Positions 7,616 to 16,575 of a DNA stretch of 30,437 nt are shown here, in pieces. The DNA is taken from NCBI GenBank assembly GCA_048882385.1, contig JBHLRQ010000032.1, forward strand, positions 1 through 30,437. Reading direction: 5' to 3'. Below the pieces are notes generated by a model. That model was given only the letters and a program-made list of their open reading frames with translations. It was not told the origin of the DNA and ran no database searches. The position numbers and the translations under genes were made by a program. The DNA is from Candidatus Thorarchaeota archaeon (GTDB taxonomy: Archaea > Asgardarchaeota > Thorarchaeia > Thorarchaeales > Thorarchaeaceae). The stretch's first letter is position 1; the number at the start of each line of letters is the position of its first letter.

Positions 7616-9988
7616 TTGGATTCCACCCATTCAGGACTTTCACACTCGAGAATACCGCTACAATCAAAGAGGTTCAATGAATTGGCCATTGATGATTTTG
7701 CACGTTTGGAACGTTTCAGAAGAGTGGCTTCGAGGTACAATCTGGAAGTTCCTAAATCAACAATGCCCGATAAGGAGATAGAAACTCTACGTGAACAACT
7801 GAACGCAATTATCTTTCTTAGAGCCAAACTTTGGATGCTTCCCTCATGGGCGTCACTCACACTCAAGGGAATAGACATAGAAGGTTCGTTAATCACTGAG
7901 CTACCGAACAATGTGTACAGAAATTGGTCTTTAATAGGAGGAGTTGGGGCACGCAATTATGGGATTGCAGATTCTCGAGGTTTGACTTCTACTCGACCTG
8001 ATATCGGATCAGTTGACGTCTGGGTTCAAGAAGAAGATGGTATTGTCTTTCCTGCACTCCTAGGAAAGGATGGGCCTCAGTTGAGGCTCGTATCATCTGA
8101 GGATCAGCTCTATGAATGGCGGACTGAAATTAAATCCATAGACTTTGTCAGATTAATCTACCATGTAAAACAAGGCGATGAGGAATTTCTCTACAATGAA
8201 ATTGTGTTGAGAAATATTGCTTTAGAGATGAAAGAAATCACATTCTATGTTGTTATTCGCCCAATGGATCCCTGGGGTATAGATCCTATAGAGGATATCA
8301 GATATGATGAAGAACAAAACCGAGTGATTGTGAACGGTATTCCCGCACTTCAATTTGATAATTCGCCTTCTTCAGTGATTCTAACAGAAGCGGACAATGA
8401 AGATATTCCTGAATTAATCCAGATAGAATCATCGCGGATTGATACTAGAGTAAAATCAGAGAAAGGTCTCGCTACAGCAATTCTTCGATTTGATACCAAA
8501 TTGCAGCCAGCTGGTTCGAAGAGGTACTTTCTTGTTTCTCCACTTGAGTCAACAAAGAGAAACATTGAGAAAACTGAGTTGAGTCTCGGGACTCATCATC
8601 GTGATCGAACAATCGGAAATTGGTATAGATTCTCGGACCAACTTGTATCAGTCTTTTTCCCGGATTCAGAGCTAGACAAAGTCTTCTCACAAGCTGCAGT
8701 TTCACTAGCCATTCAAGCCAGGTCAGTTATGTTTCCTGAAGAATCCTATCTGGCGTCATTTTCATGGAAAGACCGAATGCGTGTACTTGCGGCATTAATC
8801 AAATCCGGTAGCATCGAACTCGCTGAAAAATTGACGATTGAGATAGCACAACAATCAGTAGTCCCGGATAAGAGATTGGATCGGTCTATTTTCAGTCCTA
8901 TTCTTTGGGGTCTGCTCCAGCTCTATAGACACGCTCCAAAATCCAAGTCAATACCAAAAACAAGCCACTACATCAACATCCTTACTGATCGGTTGATTGA
9001 AACTATACTGAATGCAATAACAGAAAGACCTTCTTCAGATTCAAATGATTTAGATGAAGATGCTCCACTAGAACATTATCTGATAGTTGATGATGTCCTT
9101 CTAAAGGAATTTAATCAACTCTTATGGGACCTCGCAGCTTTGAAAGAAGCTCTTCATTTTCATGTTTTGAGCAAGAAATCGATTGTTAACACTCTACAAG
9201 ATGCAATTAGCAAAATCGAAGATTACATCCGGAGGAAAATTGATGAAATTCGAAATGCCCGATGGCCTAGACAACAAGACCCTGGTATGCAGGCACTTGA
9301 TCGCGTGATCCTTGATATTCTCACAAGTGTGGCTCAGTTGAGAATAACTCAGTTTGACATGAAATATCTTAGGAGTCTGTGTACCAAAGTCGAGAGTCGT
9401 CGAATTGTAAGAAATCTCTGGAAAATCACTGACCCTGAGGAATTGTTTTCTAGTCATCTTGCTCTTCGACTAGCACAGTTCTACATCTTTGATAAGCAAC
9501 GAAGTAAAATTGAACGATATCTTCAAAGATCGCTTGAATTTCTCTCTGAGGATTTTATTCTTCCTGACTATGTTGATATACGGTCATATGGCGGAAGTGG
9601 CGGGACTGGATCAAGTGTTCTAGCTGCAGCAGACTTGATACTATTGTTGAGCGATATGATGGTCCATGAAGATATTTCGAATCTGGTCTTTCTATCTGGA
9701 ATTCCTGATGATTGGTTCACATCCAAGAGACCACTTATTGTGAAAGGAATTCCAACTAAGTTTGGAAGAGCCAACATTGAGATAGGAATGTCAGCGAATC
9801 AACATCAAATTGAAACCGGAATTGAAATCTTACCAGAAGAGATTGAAGTCCACGTTCCTGAGAGTACTCCACTAAGAATGGTGAAAGCATACGGTGGTAG
9901 TATTGTTGACAGGGCTGCTAAAGCACAGTCTCCCCATCTTCGCATAGTTCCACTATCAAATGACGTTGTCCTAACCTATCACAAATAA
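7616..9988 (+). CDS. Hypothetical protein with divergent six-hairpin glycosidase-like architecture
   Basis: 790-aa ORF: beta-rich N-terminal half, helical core starting near SWKD (cf. W-x-R-D of GH15-like enzymes), and a C-terminal LxxLxGIPxxW...PTxFG beta domain typical of (alpha/alpha)6 glycosidases and phosphorylases. Start uncertain. Confidence 0.5.
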   Translation: MDSTHSGLSHSRIPLQSKRFNELAIDDFARLERFRRVASRYNLEVPKSTMPDKEIETLREQLNAIIFLRAKLWMLPSWASLTLKGIDIEGSLITELPNNVYRNWSLIGGVGARNYGIADSRGLTSTRPDIGSVDVWVQEEDGIVFPALLGKDGPQLRLVSSEDQLYEWRTEIKSIDFVRLIYHVKQGDEEFLYNEIVLRNIALEMKEITFYVVIRPMDPWGIDPIEDIRYDEEQNRVIVNGIPALQFDNSPSSVILTEADNEDIPELIQIESSRIDTRVKSEKGLATAILRFDTKLQPAGSKRYFLVSPLESTKRNIEKTELSLGTHHRDRTIGNWYRFSDQLVSVFFPDSELDKVFSQAAVSLAIQARSVMFPEESYLASFSWKDRMRVLAALIKSGSIELAEKLTIEIAQQSVVPDKRLDRSIFSPILWGLLQLYRHAPKSKSIPKTSHYINILTDRLIETILNAITERPSSDSNDLDEDAPLEHYLIVDDVLLKEFNQLLWDLAALKEALHFHVLSKKSIVNTLQDAISKIEDYIRRKIDEIRNARWPRQQDPGMQALDRVILDILTSVAQLRITQFDMKYLRSLCTKVESRRIVRNLWKITDPEELFSSHLALRLAQFYIFDKQRSKIERYLQRSLEFLSEDFILPDYVDIRSYGGSGGTGSSVLAAADLILLLSDMMVHEDISNLVFLSGIPDDWFTSKRPLIVKGIPTKFGRANIEIGMSANQHQIETGIEILPEEIEVHVPESTPLRMVKAYGGSIVDRAAKAQSPHLRIVPLSNDVVLTYHK

Positions 9989-10008
9989 GCTCTAGCGAAA
10001 AAAGCTGG

Positions 10009-10719
10009 TTAGCTTTCAGGTTCCGGAAAGAGAAGTTCTGGTTCCTCAGCTAATCTCTTGAACAATTTTTGATCAAAGAATTTAGCTTGTCGATTCAGAC
10101 ATGGAATTACTGCACATCGTGAACATGCATACTCGACGAAGGTTTGAACATTAGGGCTGCTTCCCACAGCTTTAAGGAATTCATCTCTTGAACCTCCAAA
10201 GAATGTTTTTTTCTTATCACCAAAGGTTAGTATTGCGGAATCATAAATACTGTCAAGCAGACCCGGTGAGTTGCCTTGAGTTGCATGAAGATTTGCGAAA
10301 AGTATCATTACTGTAGCAATTGAGCATGAAAGAGCATAATGCTTAGGCTCCCATTGTTTCTCAAATCCATCCTCAATCACTCCAATTTCCCACATTCTGA
10401 ACATCTCAAGCCCTGGTTTCTTTTCATGATCCAGGATGGGGCTAATCATTTTGCCGCCTTCTTTTTCTGCACCTGCCCTATAGGGTACACCTCTTGGTAT
10501 GTGAGATGGACGCCCACAAAATCCATACCATCCTCCCTGAGCCTCGTGCTTCATCAATTTCAAGAGTGCCTGTGTTTCATCGAAGGGTCTATCAATTTCA
10601 TGAGCTGGAACCCATATCATGTGATCATCGCATCGCATTTCTCCGCATAAAACGCAGGGATAAACGATCTGGTTTGTCCGAGAGTACCCATACCGTTTAC
10701 ATTCTTCACAATTTGTCAA
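10009..10719 (-). CDS. Hypothetical protein with N-terminal AN1-like zinc finger
   Basis: C-x2-C-x12-C-x2-C-x4-C-x2-H-x6-H at the N-terminus and an additional CSRC-x4-C near the C-terminus; TTG start. Confidence 0.6.
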   Translation of the reverse strand: MTNCEECKRYGYSRTNQIVYPCVLCGEMRCDDHMIWVPAHEIDRPFDETQALLKLMKHEAQGGWYGFCGRPSHIPRGVPYRAGAEKEGGKMISPILDHEKKPGLEMFRMWEIGVIEDGFEKQWEPKHYALSCSIATVMILFANLHATQGNSPGLLDSIYDSAILTFGDKKKTFFGGSRDEFLKAVGSSPNVQTFVEYACSRCAVIPCLNRQAKFFDQKLFKRLAEEPELLFPEPES

Positions 10720-10833
10720 AGAACTTCCACCAATCCCACTATTACATTCATTACTAGGGTTAATGTCTTTCTACGATGTTCACGAAGGCTTATGAGTCAT
10801 GCATGAGTGTTCGGAAATAGGAGACATTGAGGA

Positions 10834-12420
10834 ATGTCAGACAGGGTTTACTCTTCAGATTTCCTTGTAATCGGAAGCGGATTATCTGGTCAGCTCTTCT
10901 CGATAAAGGTTGCAAAACACGGAACTGTCAATATGGTAACAAAAGGAATGCTAACCGAATCTGCAACATTCAAAGCCCAGGGTGGTATTGCTGCCGTTGT
11001 CGCACCAGATGATTCTATTGCCCTACATGTTGAAGACACTATTCGTGTAGGAGCTGGTCTCTGTCATCGGGATGTTGTTGAGAGCATCGTGAAAGATGGT
11101 CCTAATCGAATAAACGAACTAGTTGAGCTAGGAGTGGATTTCTCTGGAGAGGACTCCACGGGTGAGTATGAGCTTGGACTGGAAGGCGGTCATAGCAAGC
11201 GACGAGTTTTGCATGTCAAAGACCACACTGGAAAAGATATTGAACTAGCACTAACTGATCGATTGAGGAATGAGAAGAATATCAATGTCTTCGAGAATCA
11301 TATGGCAATTAATCTGTATGTGAAGAACAATAGAGTACATGGTGCATACATTTTAGATGTGAATACAAGCGAGGTTGAGCGATTTGCTGCAAAGACTGTA
11401 ATTCTTGCTACTGGAGGTTCCGGGCGAGTATTTCTCTATACAAGTAATCCCGATGTTGCAACAGGAGATGGAATCGCAATGGCATATCGCGCTGGCGCCA
11501 CAGTGATGAATCTTGAGATGGTGCAGTTCCATCCTACACTATTGTATCATCATAAAGTTAGATCATTTCTCATCTCCGAAGCCCTACGTGGAGAGGGAGC
11601 ACATTTGCTTGGTTCTAATGGTCAGAGATTCATGCCTACCTATCACAAAGACGCAGAGCTTGCTCCTCGAGATGTCGTCGCTCGTGCGATCGATACTGAA
11701 CTTAAGAAGACTGGTGCAGACCATGTCTGGCTTGATCTCTCTTTCAAGGAGTCTGAATTTGTCAAAAATAGATTTCCTCAGATTTATGAAACCTGCTTAA
11801 CTGCTGGAATCGATATCACAAAAGAGCCGATTCCCGTTGTTCCTGCAGCTCACTATATGATGGGTGGAGTCAAAACTGATATTTACGGTAGAACTGATGT
11901 CGAAGGACTTTTTGCGATTGGAGAAACCACCTGTACAGGATTTCACGGTGCAAACCGTCTTGCATCAAACTCCCTCCTTGAAGCGGCAGTTCTGGCACAC
12001 AACTCTTCGCTTGCAGCGGTGGAGGAAATATCTACTGAAATCAAACAAGTTGAGATACCACCTTGGGATCCTGGAGAAGCAACTGACCCGGATGAGCTTG
12101 TAGTGATATCACACCTGTGGGAAGAGATCCGTCGAATTATGATTAACTATGTTGGAATTGCTAGGTCAAACAAGCGTCTCATTCGTGCCAGCAATAGAAT
12201 CGCATTCATAGACCGAGAGATCAACCAATTCTATTGGGACTTTAAAATAACTCCTGACCTTGTGGAACTAAGAAATATTGCCACAGTGGCGGAATTAATC
12301 ATCAGGATGGCACGAATGCGCAAGGAGAGTAGAGGAGCTCATTTCAACATCGACTATCCCGAACAAGCTGAAGAAGCAGTAGACACAATCATTAAGAAAG
12401 GCTACGCAGCCGTTGAATGA
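10834..12420 (+). CDS. nadB: L-aspartate oxidase
   Basis: FAD motif VIGSGLSG, AQGGIAA, EGGHSKRRVLH, QFHPT, LISEALRGEG, LAPRDVVARAI, PAAHY.MGG, HGANRLASNSLLE, RKESRGAH. Confidence 0.95.
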   Translation: MSDRVYSSDFLVIGSGLSGQLFSIKVAKHGTVNMVTKGMLTESATFKAQGGIAAVVAPDDSIALHVEDTIRVGAGLCHRDVVESIVKDGPNRINELVELGVDFSGEDSTGEYELGLEGGHSKRRVLHVKDHTGKDIELALTDRLRNEKNINVFENHMAINLYVKNNRVHGAYILDVNTSEVERFAAKTVILATGGSGRVFLYTSNPDVATGDGIAMAYRAGATVMNLEMVQFHPTLLYHHKVRSFLISEALRGEGAHLLGSNGQRFMPTYHKDAELAPRDVVARAIDTELKKTGADHVWLDLSFKESEFVKNRFPQIYETCLTAGIDITKEPIPVVPAAHYMMGGVKTDIYGRTDVEGLFAIGETTCTGFHGANRLASNSLLEAAVLAHNSSLAAVEEISTEIKQVEIPPWDPGEATDPDELVVISHLWEEIRRIMINYVGIARSNKRLIRASNRIAFIDREINQFYWDFKITPDLVELRNIATVAELIIRMARMRKESRGAHFNIDYPEQAEEAVDTIIKKGYAAVE

Positions 12421-12948
12421 TTGGAGGATTGGAATGATATGCGCATGAGAGACCATGCTATATCTTACATACTCCCGATTGGTGTTCTGCTTGTTATTCC
12501 TTGGATATTGATGTGGATTACTAATGACAGTACAATTGGATGGTTGTTGCCCTGGTCGCTTGATTTCTTGATTTTTCTTGTTGGTGTGACAATACTTGTC
12601 ACTGGTCTCTTACTAATGATCTACTGTATCCGCATGTTCTCCCACATTGGTGAAGGTACATTGGCTCCTTGGGCACCGCCTCAGAAGTTAGTAGTTGTAG
12701 GTATTTACCGGTATATGCGCAATCCAATGATTACTGGTGTGCTCCTTAGCCTTTTGGGAGAATCAATTATCCTCTCAAACTATGCAATTTTTCTGTGGTT
12801 TATTTTCTCGTTCCTTGGGAACCATGTGTACTTCATTAAATCAGAAGAACCAGGACTTGTTGCTCGTTTTGGGGAAGAATATGAAGAATATCTCAGGAAT
12901 GTTCCACGTTGGCTTCCTAGGAGAAAACCATGGATACCAGATGATTAG
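12421..12948 (+). CDS. Isoprenylcysteine carboxyl methyltransferase / PEMT-family membrane protein
   Basis: Four TMs; GEGTLAPW.PP.KLVV.GIYRYMRNPM and EE..L..RFGEEY..Y...VPRWLP motifs. True start may be a slightly downstream ATG. Confidence 0.88.
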   Translation: MEDWNDMRMRDHAISYILPIGVLLVIPWILMWITNDSTIGWLLPWSLDFLIFLVGVTILVTGLLLMIYCIRMFSHIGEGTLAPWAPPQKLVVVGIYRYMRNPMITGVLLSLLGESIILSNYAIFLWFIFSFLGNHVYFIKSEEPGLVARFGEEYEEYLRNVPRWLPRRKPWIPDD

Positions 12949-13649
12949 ACAGGATTCAGATTGGGGGCATTACGCCAACGGTTGTTGTACTCATTTGCAG
13001 GTCCTCGTGGAGCTTTTCTATCACCCCAACGACCTTTGAAGTTGGCAAAATTGGTCTTATCCAGGAGTTTCAGGTTAATCCTTGTTTCCCATATTTCTCC
13101 ACCATCAGATATCTTATCACAGAAAATCCGAGCATAACAGCGTGGCTTACTTTCCGGTCTAGGATAGTTTGCATGAGTTCCTAATGCCACCCAAACATTG
13201 ATGTGTGAATCATAAAGGATTGGAGTTTCTCTCTCAAATCCATCTAATGTTTTAGTATGCGATGCAAGTCTGGACTCATAATGGTTTGAAAATAACCAGA
13301 TTGCATGAGACAATTCTGTGGACCTATAGAGCCTCACCTCCACATTCTCCCAATCACCAAGGTAGTTACCCAAATTCAATGGAGCTCCGGGAAAGTCATT
13401 ATGGCGATACTAGAACCAATACCGAATCTGGAATAAGTCGCCATTGTCCCAGAATTCATATTAACATGGAGTGGACATCACGAGTTTCTTTGGTGTCCTG
13501 TCTTCAGTAAATGCGTCCCAATTTGAATGAAACTTAGCGTAGGTTTCTTCAGCATCCGACGGGAAGCAGCAAAACCGACCTTCGTCTGGATGGAAATGTA
13601 GTATGGGCGAGAACCTTTCAGCAAGCATGTGACCATCAATAGATTCCAT
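12945..13649 (-). pseudogene. Vps62-like protein, disrupted by two in-frame stops
   Basis: ORFs 13461..13649 and 12945..13379 share one frame, joined across TAA (13461-13463) and TAG (13410-13412): LAERFSPILHFHPDE...TPC*YEFW...IRYWF*YRHN...YLGDWE...VALGTHANY...FKGRWG...PRGP. Confidence 0.8.
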
Positions 13650-13759
13650 CTATAGCAACCATTTGATTGTACATTATGCTCATTGATATGAATTATCACG
13701 ATTGACAAGAAATTTGTAGGATGGATGCATAGCATTTTCTTGTTGCAGGAGGCAATATC

Positions 13760-14515
13760 TTGATCGATCAATCACAGATTGTCGAACTTGAACAGGTAGG
13801 TGCCAATGCCTGGGTTGCTCTCGAGAACGAACGTCTTGGAGGGTGGCTTCTTCGTGCTAATAGTGGGATTACAAGAAGAGCCAATAGTGTTCTACCACTC
13901 GGTCCTCCTATCCTTCCCATGGAAGAAGCAATCAACAAGGTCATTGATTTCTATAAGGAACGAAATCTTATTCCTCGTTTTCAAATGACTGAAACAAGCA
14001 AACCCCAAGAGCTTGATCGTGATCTCTCTGATCGTGGATTCTCTGTTGGTTTGCAAGTGGAAGTACATACGGTAGCAATCAATCACTTAACGAAACGAGA
14101 ACCTGTGATTGATGTGTTAGTATCAAATGACATCACCGATAGTTGGATGTCTGTCTATGCAGACGCATCAGGTTATGAAGCGTCAACAATGGATACGCGA
14201 AGAGACCTCATGAAACGAACATCCCACTACAAGGCTTTTGCAATAGCTCGAATTGATAGAGCCCCCGCTGGAGTGGGCTTTGGTGTTGTTGAAGGAAAAT
14301 GGTTGGGTATCTTCAACATTGCAGTACATCCATCAATGCGTGGCAGAGGTGTTGCAGTCGCTGTTAACACAGCACTTGCACAATGGGGCAGTCAGAGAGG
14401 TGCTAGATCAGCCTATCTTCAAGTAGAATCTGAGAATCTGCCCGCTCTGAAGCTATATAGCAAATTAGGTTTCGAACATGCGTATACCTACTGGTATCGC
14501 AAGCTAGACGACTGA
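13760..14515 (+). CDS. GNAT-family N-acetyltransferase
   Basis: GWLLRA..GITRRANSVLP N-terminal domain; acetyl-CoA motif IAVHPSMRGRGVA; YLQVESEN.PALKLYSKLGF. GGAGG RBS upstream of the TTG start. Confidence 0.92.
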   Translation: MIDQSQIVELEQVGANAWVALENERLGGWLLRANSGITRRANSVLPLGPPILPMEEAINKVIDFYKERNLIPRFQMTETSKPQELDRDLSDRGFSVGLQVEVHTVAINHLTKREPVIDVLVSNDITDSWMSVYADASGYEASTMDTRRDLMKRTSHYKAFAIARIDRAPAGVGFGVVEGKWLGIFNIAVHPSMRGRGVAVAVNTALAQWGSQRGARSAYLQVESENLPALKLYSKLGFEHAYTYWYRKLDD

Positions 14516-14526
14516 TGGTGAATAGT

Positions 14527-15342
14527 CTACAATCTCTTAGATAGACCCTCATATTCAGACTTAATCTTCAGACCTGTTTCTGAACCACCAAAATCCTTCG
14601 GTGTGATTTCAAGCGAATCTCCATCAAATAAGGCTTCAATTACCATTACGCCGGGTGACTCGATCTTTAGTCCCTTCTTTCCACCTTTCACAAAACGCTC
14701 AGTGTAGACAAGATCTGAATTCCTAGTGACACTCAACATAAGGTATGCCATCTTCTTCTCAGCAAGAGAAGCGGATACTGCCAGAGTTGGTTCATCAATC
14801 GTTTCTGCTACAAGTGTTGGTGCTGGTTCAGGAGCTTCCGTAATAGGTTCAGGAGTTTTTACAACAGATTCAGGAGTTTTCACAAAAGGTTCAGGTTCTG
14901 GTTCCGGTGGAAGTAATTTCTTCGTAGGTGCACCAGCTATTGGCTCAGCTACCTTGGTTTCACCCCTGTGTGCAAGAACCTTATCATCAAATGACCACCT
15001 ACCTTCCAACACTCCCCTGAATTCAGCGATGGCTGCAGCAACATTCGAATCTGAATCATCTTTTTCATGCATCTCTACAAATCTTGATGCTGCCAAACCA
15101 ATTGTGGTCACTCCCACCTTGTATCCAGATTTCTGAAGTCCTCTCGCAATCCTAAGGGTATGCATTCTTGTAGGCATGTTTACATTTTTGCCTATCCACG
15201 CCCAACAGGCATCATTGAACTCATCCAAAACAATGAGAGCATTGTCGCTATTTACCAAGCCTGCATCTAACCTGACTGCACTCACTTCACCAGACTCGTC
15301 TTTCAACATCAACATGTATGGTGCTCTTGCTAAGGCCTTCAT
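14527..15342 (-). CDS. Single gelsolin-like domain protein with Pro/Glu-rich linker and uncharacterised C-terminal domain
   Basis: LVNSDNALIVLDE...CWAWIGKN.....RMH....A matches the gelsolin repeat pattern (LxSxDxxILD..(I/V)WxWxG). Start at ATG 15342 or 15372. Confidence 0.75.
   Translation of the reverse strand: MKALARAPYMLMLKDESGEVSAVRLDAGLVNSDNALIVLDEFNDACWAWIGKNVNMPTRMHTLRIARGLQKSGYKVGVTTIGLAASRFVEMHEKDDSDSNVAAAIAEFRGVLEGRWSFDDKVLAHRGETKVAEPIAGAPTKKLLPPEPEPEPFVKTPESVVKTPEPITEAPEPAPTLVAETIDEPTLAVSASLAEKKMAYLMLSVTRNSDLVYTERFVKGGKKGLKIESPGVMVIEALFDGDSLEITPKDFGGSETGLKIKSEYEGLSKRL
14827..14895. repeat. Imperfect 21-bp coding tandem repeat (about 4 units)
   Basis: TTCAGG(AG) at 14827, 14848, 14869 and 14890; encodes PEPFVKT-PESVVKT-PEPITEA-PEP in the gelsolin protein linker. 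Confidence 0.8.
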
Positions 15343-15411
15343 GATAATCCCAAATACCCCATGATAGCCCATCGCATAAAAGAAATTCTTAGACAGACTC
15401 GAATCTTAGTT

Positions 15412-15678
15412 TTAGTAAGAACCTAAACTAGTAGATGTCATGTCGATTTCACTATCAATCACAAGAATTGATTGCGTATCCTCGATTCCCTTGATTTTTC
15501 TGACCTTTTCTGTTATGACTTCAACAAGGGTTTCCATATCTCGACCTCTAACTTCTGCAACTATATCATAGGGGCCAAATACCTTGTGTGCCTCATCAGT
15601 GACCGATAGTTTGAGAACCTCTTGTAAAACAGAATCCTCTTGTCCAACAGCCACCTTGATCAGAATATACGCTTTCAC
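15412..15678 (-). CDS. Stand-alone Lrp/AsnC ligand-binding (RAM) domain protein
   Basis: 88 aa: KAYILIKV..G.E..V, VFGPYDIVAEV, IKGIEDTQS; no HTH; GGTGA RBS before the GTG start. Confidence 0.9.
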   Translation of the reverse strand: MKAYILIKVAVGQEDSVLQEVLKLSVTDEAHKVFGPYDIVAEVRGRDMETLVEVITEKVRKIKGIEDTQSILVIDSEIDMTSTSLGSY

Positions 15679-15766
15679 GAATTATCACCGCTGCTTGATG
15701 TGTGACCGGAGCATATCAACTGATAACTGTTGCTCTGAAAATGCGAGACCGCTTCGATTTTTTGAA

Positions 15767-15856
15767 AATTTCGCAATTAATATACAATAAATTTGTTAAT
15801 ATAGGAATATTAAGCCATATTCATTGTTAATTTCGCAATGGGATCGGAAATTAACA
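15767..15856. promoter_or_regulatory. AT-rich divergent promoter region with direct and inverted repeats
   Basis: AATTTCGCAAT at 15767 and 15829; perfect 10-bp inverted repeat TGTTAATTTC (15825-15834) / GAAATTAACA (15847-15856); TATA-like TTAATATA boxes near 15777 and 15796. Confidence 0.5.
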
Positions 15857-15898
15857 GCGCAAGACATTGCAGATGTAATCTGCATCGAGGTGACCTAC

Positions 15899-16159
15899 AT
15901 GGGAAAAATGACTCTGAATACCATACCGTGCCCTGAATGCAAGGAGCCGATAGAAGATATAGTGGTTGAGGAAGACTCGATCACCAACGCCAAGCGTATT
16001 CCAGTTCTCGTTCCTGCCAAATGTAGTAACGGTCACAATGTGATCCTTTTCGTCGATAAGCAATTCACTGTTCGAGATGCAGAATTGGCTGGATCAGTAG
16101 TTAGTGAAGACGATGGAGGATCTGTAGATAAAGCACAGAAATGGATGGATAGTTTTTAG
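15899..16159 (+). CDS. Small zinc-ribbon protein (CPxC...CxxxH...FVDxxFxVR)
   Basis: GAGGTGA RBS precedes ATG 15899, preferred over TTG 15824; CPEC and CSNGH metal ligands. Confidence 0.75.
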   Translation: MGKMTLNTIPCPECKEPIEDIVVEEDSITNAKRIPVLVPAKCSNGHNVILFVDKQFTVRDAELAGSVVSEDDGGSVDKAQKWMDSF

Positions 16160-16173
16160 GGGATGCAAAGATA

Positions 16174-16563
16174 GTGATACAAAGCGTGTATCTAGTGAAC
16201 GAAGGCGGCGAAACGCTCGCCTCGATACCGATAGGAGATTTCCAAATAGACGAGGTTCTTTTCGGAGGATTCCTATCAGCGATTCAGATGTACAGTAAGC
16301 AAGTTTCTGGAAAGAATGTTAGCGAACTTTCTTTGGAGAATTATCGGATTATCATCTCCAAGACTGACCGAATTTTCTTGGTCACCATTCATGACTTGAA
16401 TGATAAGAATGCCGCTGCGCTGAACAACAAAATCAGTGAATTATGCAAAGGTACTCTCGGCGAGATTGTCAATGATGAAACAATCAAGCTGATCAAGAAA
16501 GCTGCTGCAGAAGCTCAGAGTGCAATGAAACGCGCAAATGAATGGGCATCAAAGATGCTGTAG
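16174..16563 (+). CDS. Longin-like domain protein
   Basis: MIQSVYLVNEGGETL...DEVLFGGFLSAIQMYSKQV...ELSLENYRII...IFLVTI gives the beta-beta-alpha-beta-beta-beta-alpha-alpha pattern of Asgard longin-like proteins. Confidence 0.78.
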   Translation: MIQSVYLVNEGGETLASIPIGDFQIDEVLFGGFLSAIQMYSKQVSGKNVSELSLENYRIIISKTDRIFLVTIHDLNDKNAAALNNKISELCKGTLGEIVNDETIKLIKKAAAEAQSAMKRANEWASKML

Positions 16564-16575
16564 GAGAGCAAACAA

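Noticed and set aside
10834-12420. nadB without adjacent nadA/nadC
   Set aside because: Dispersed NAD biosynthesis genes are common and the rest of the genome is not visible.
13410-13463. Pyrrolysine or alternative-code read-through of the Vps62-like gene
   Set aside because: It needs both TAA and TAG suppressed, and a conserved His is also lost; TAA and TAG terminate ordinary genes in this window.
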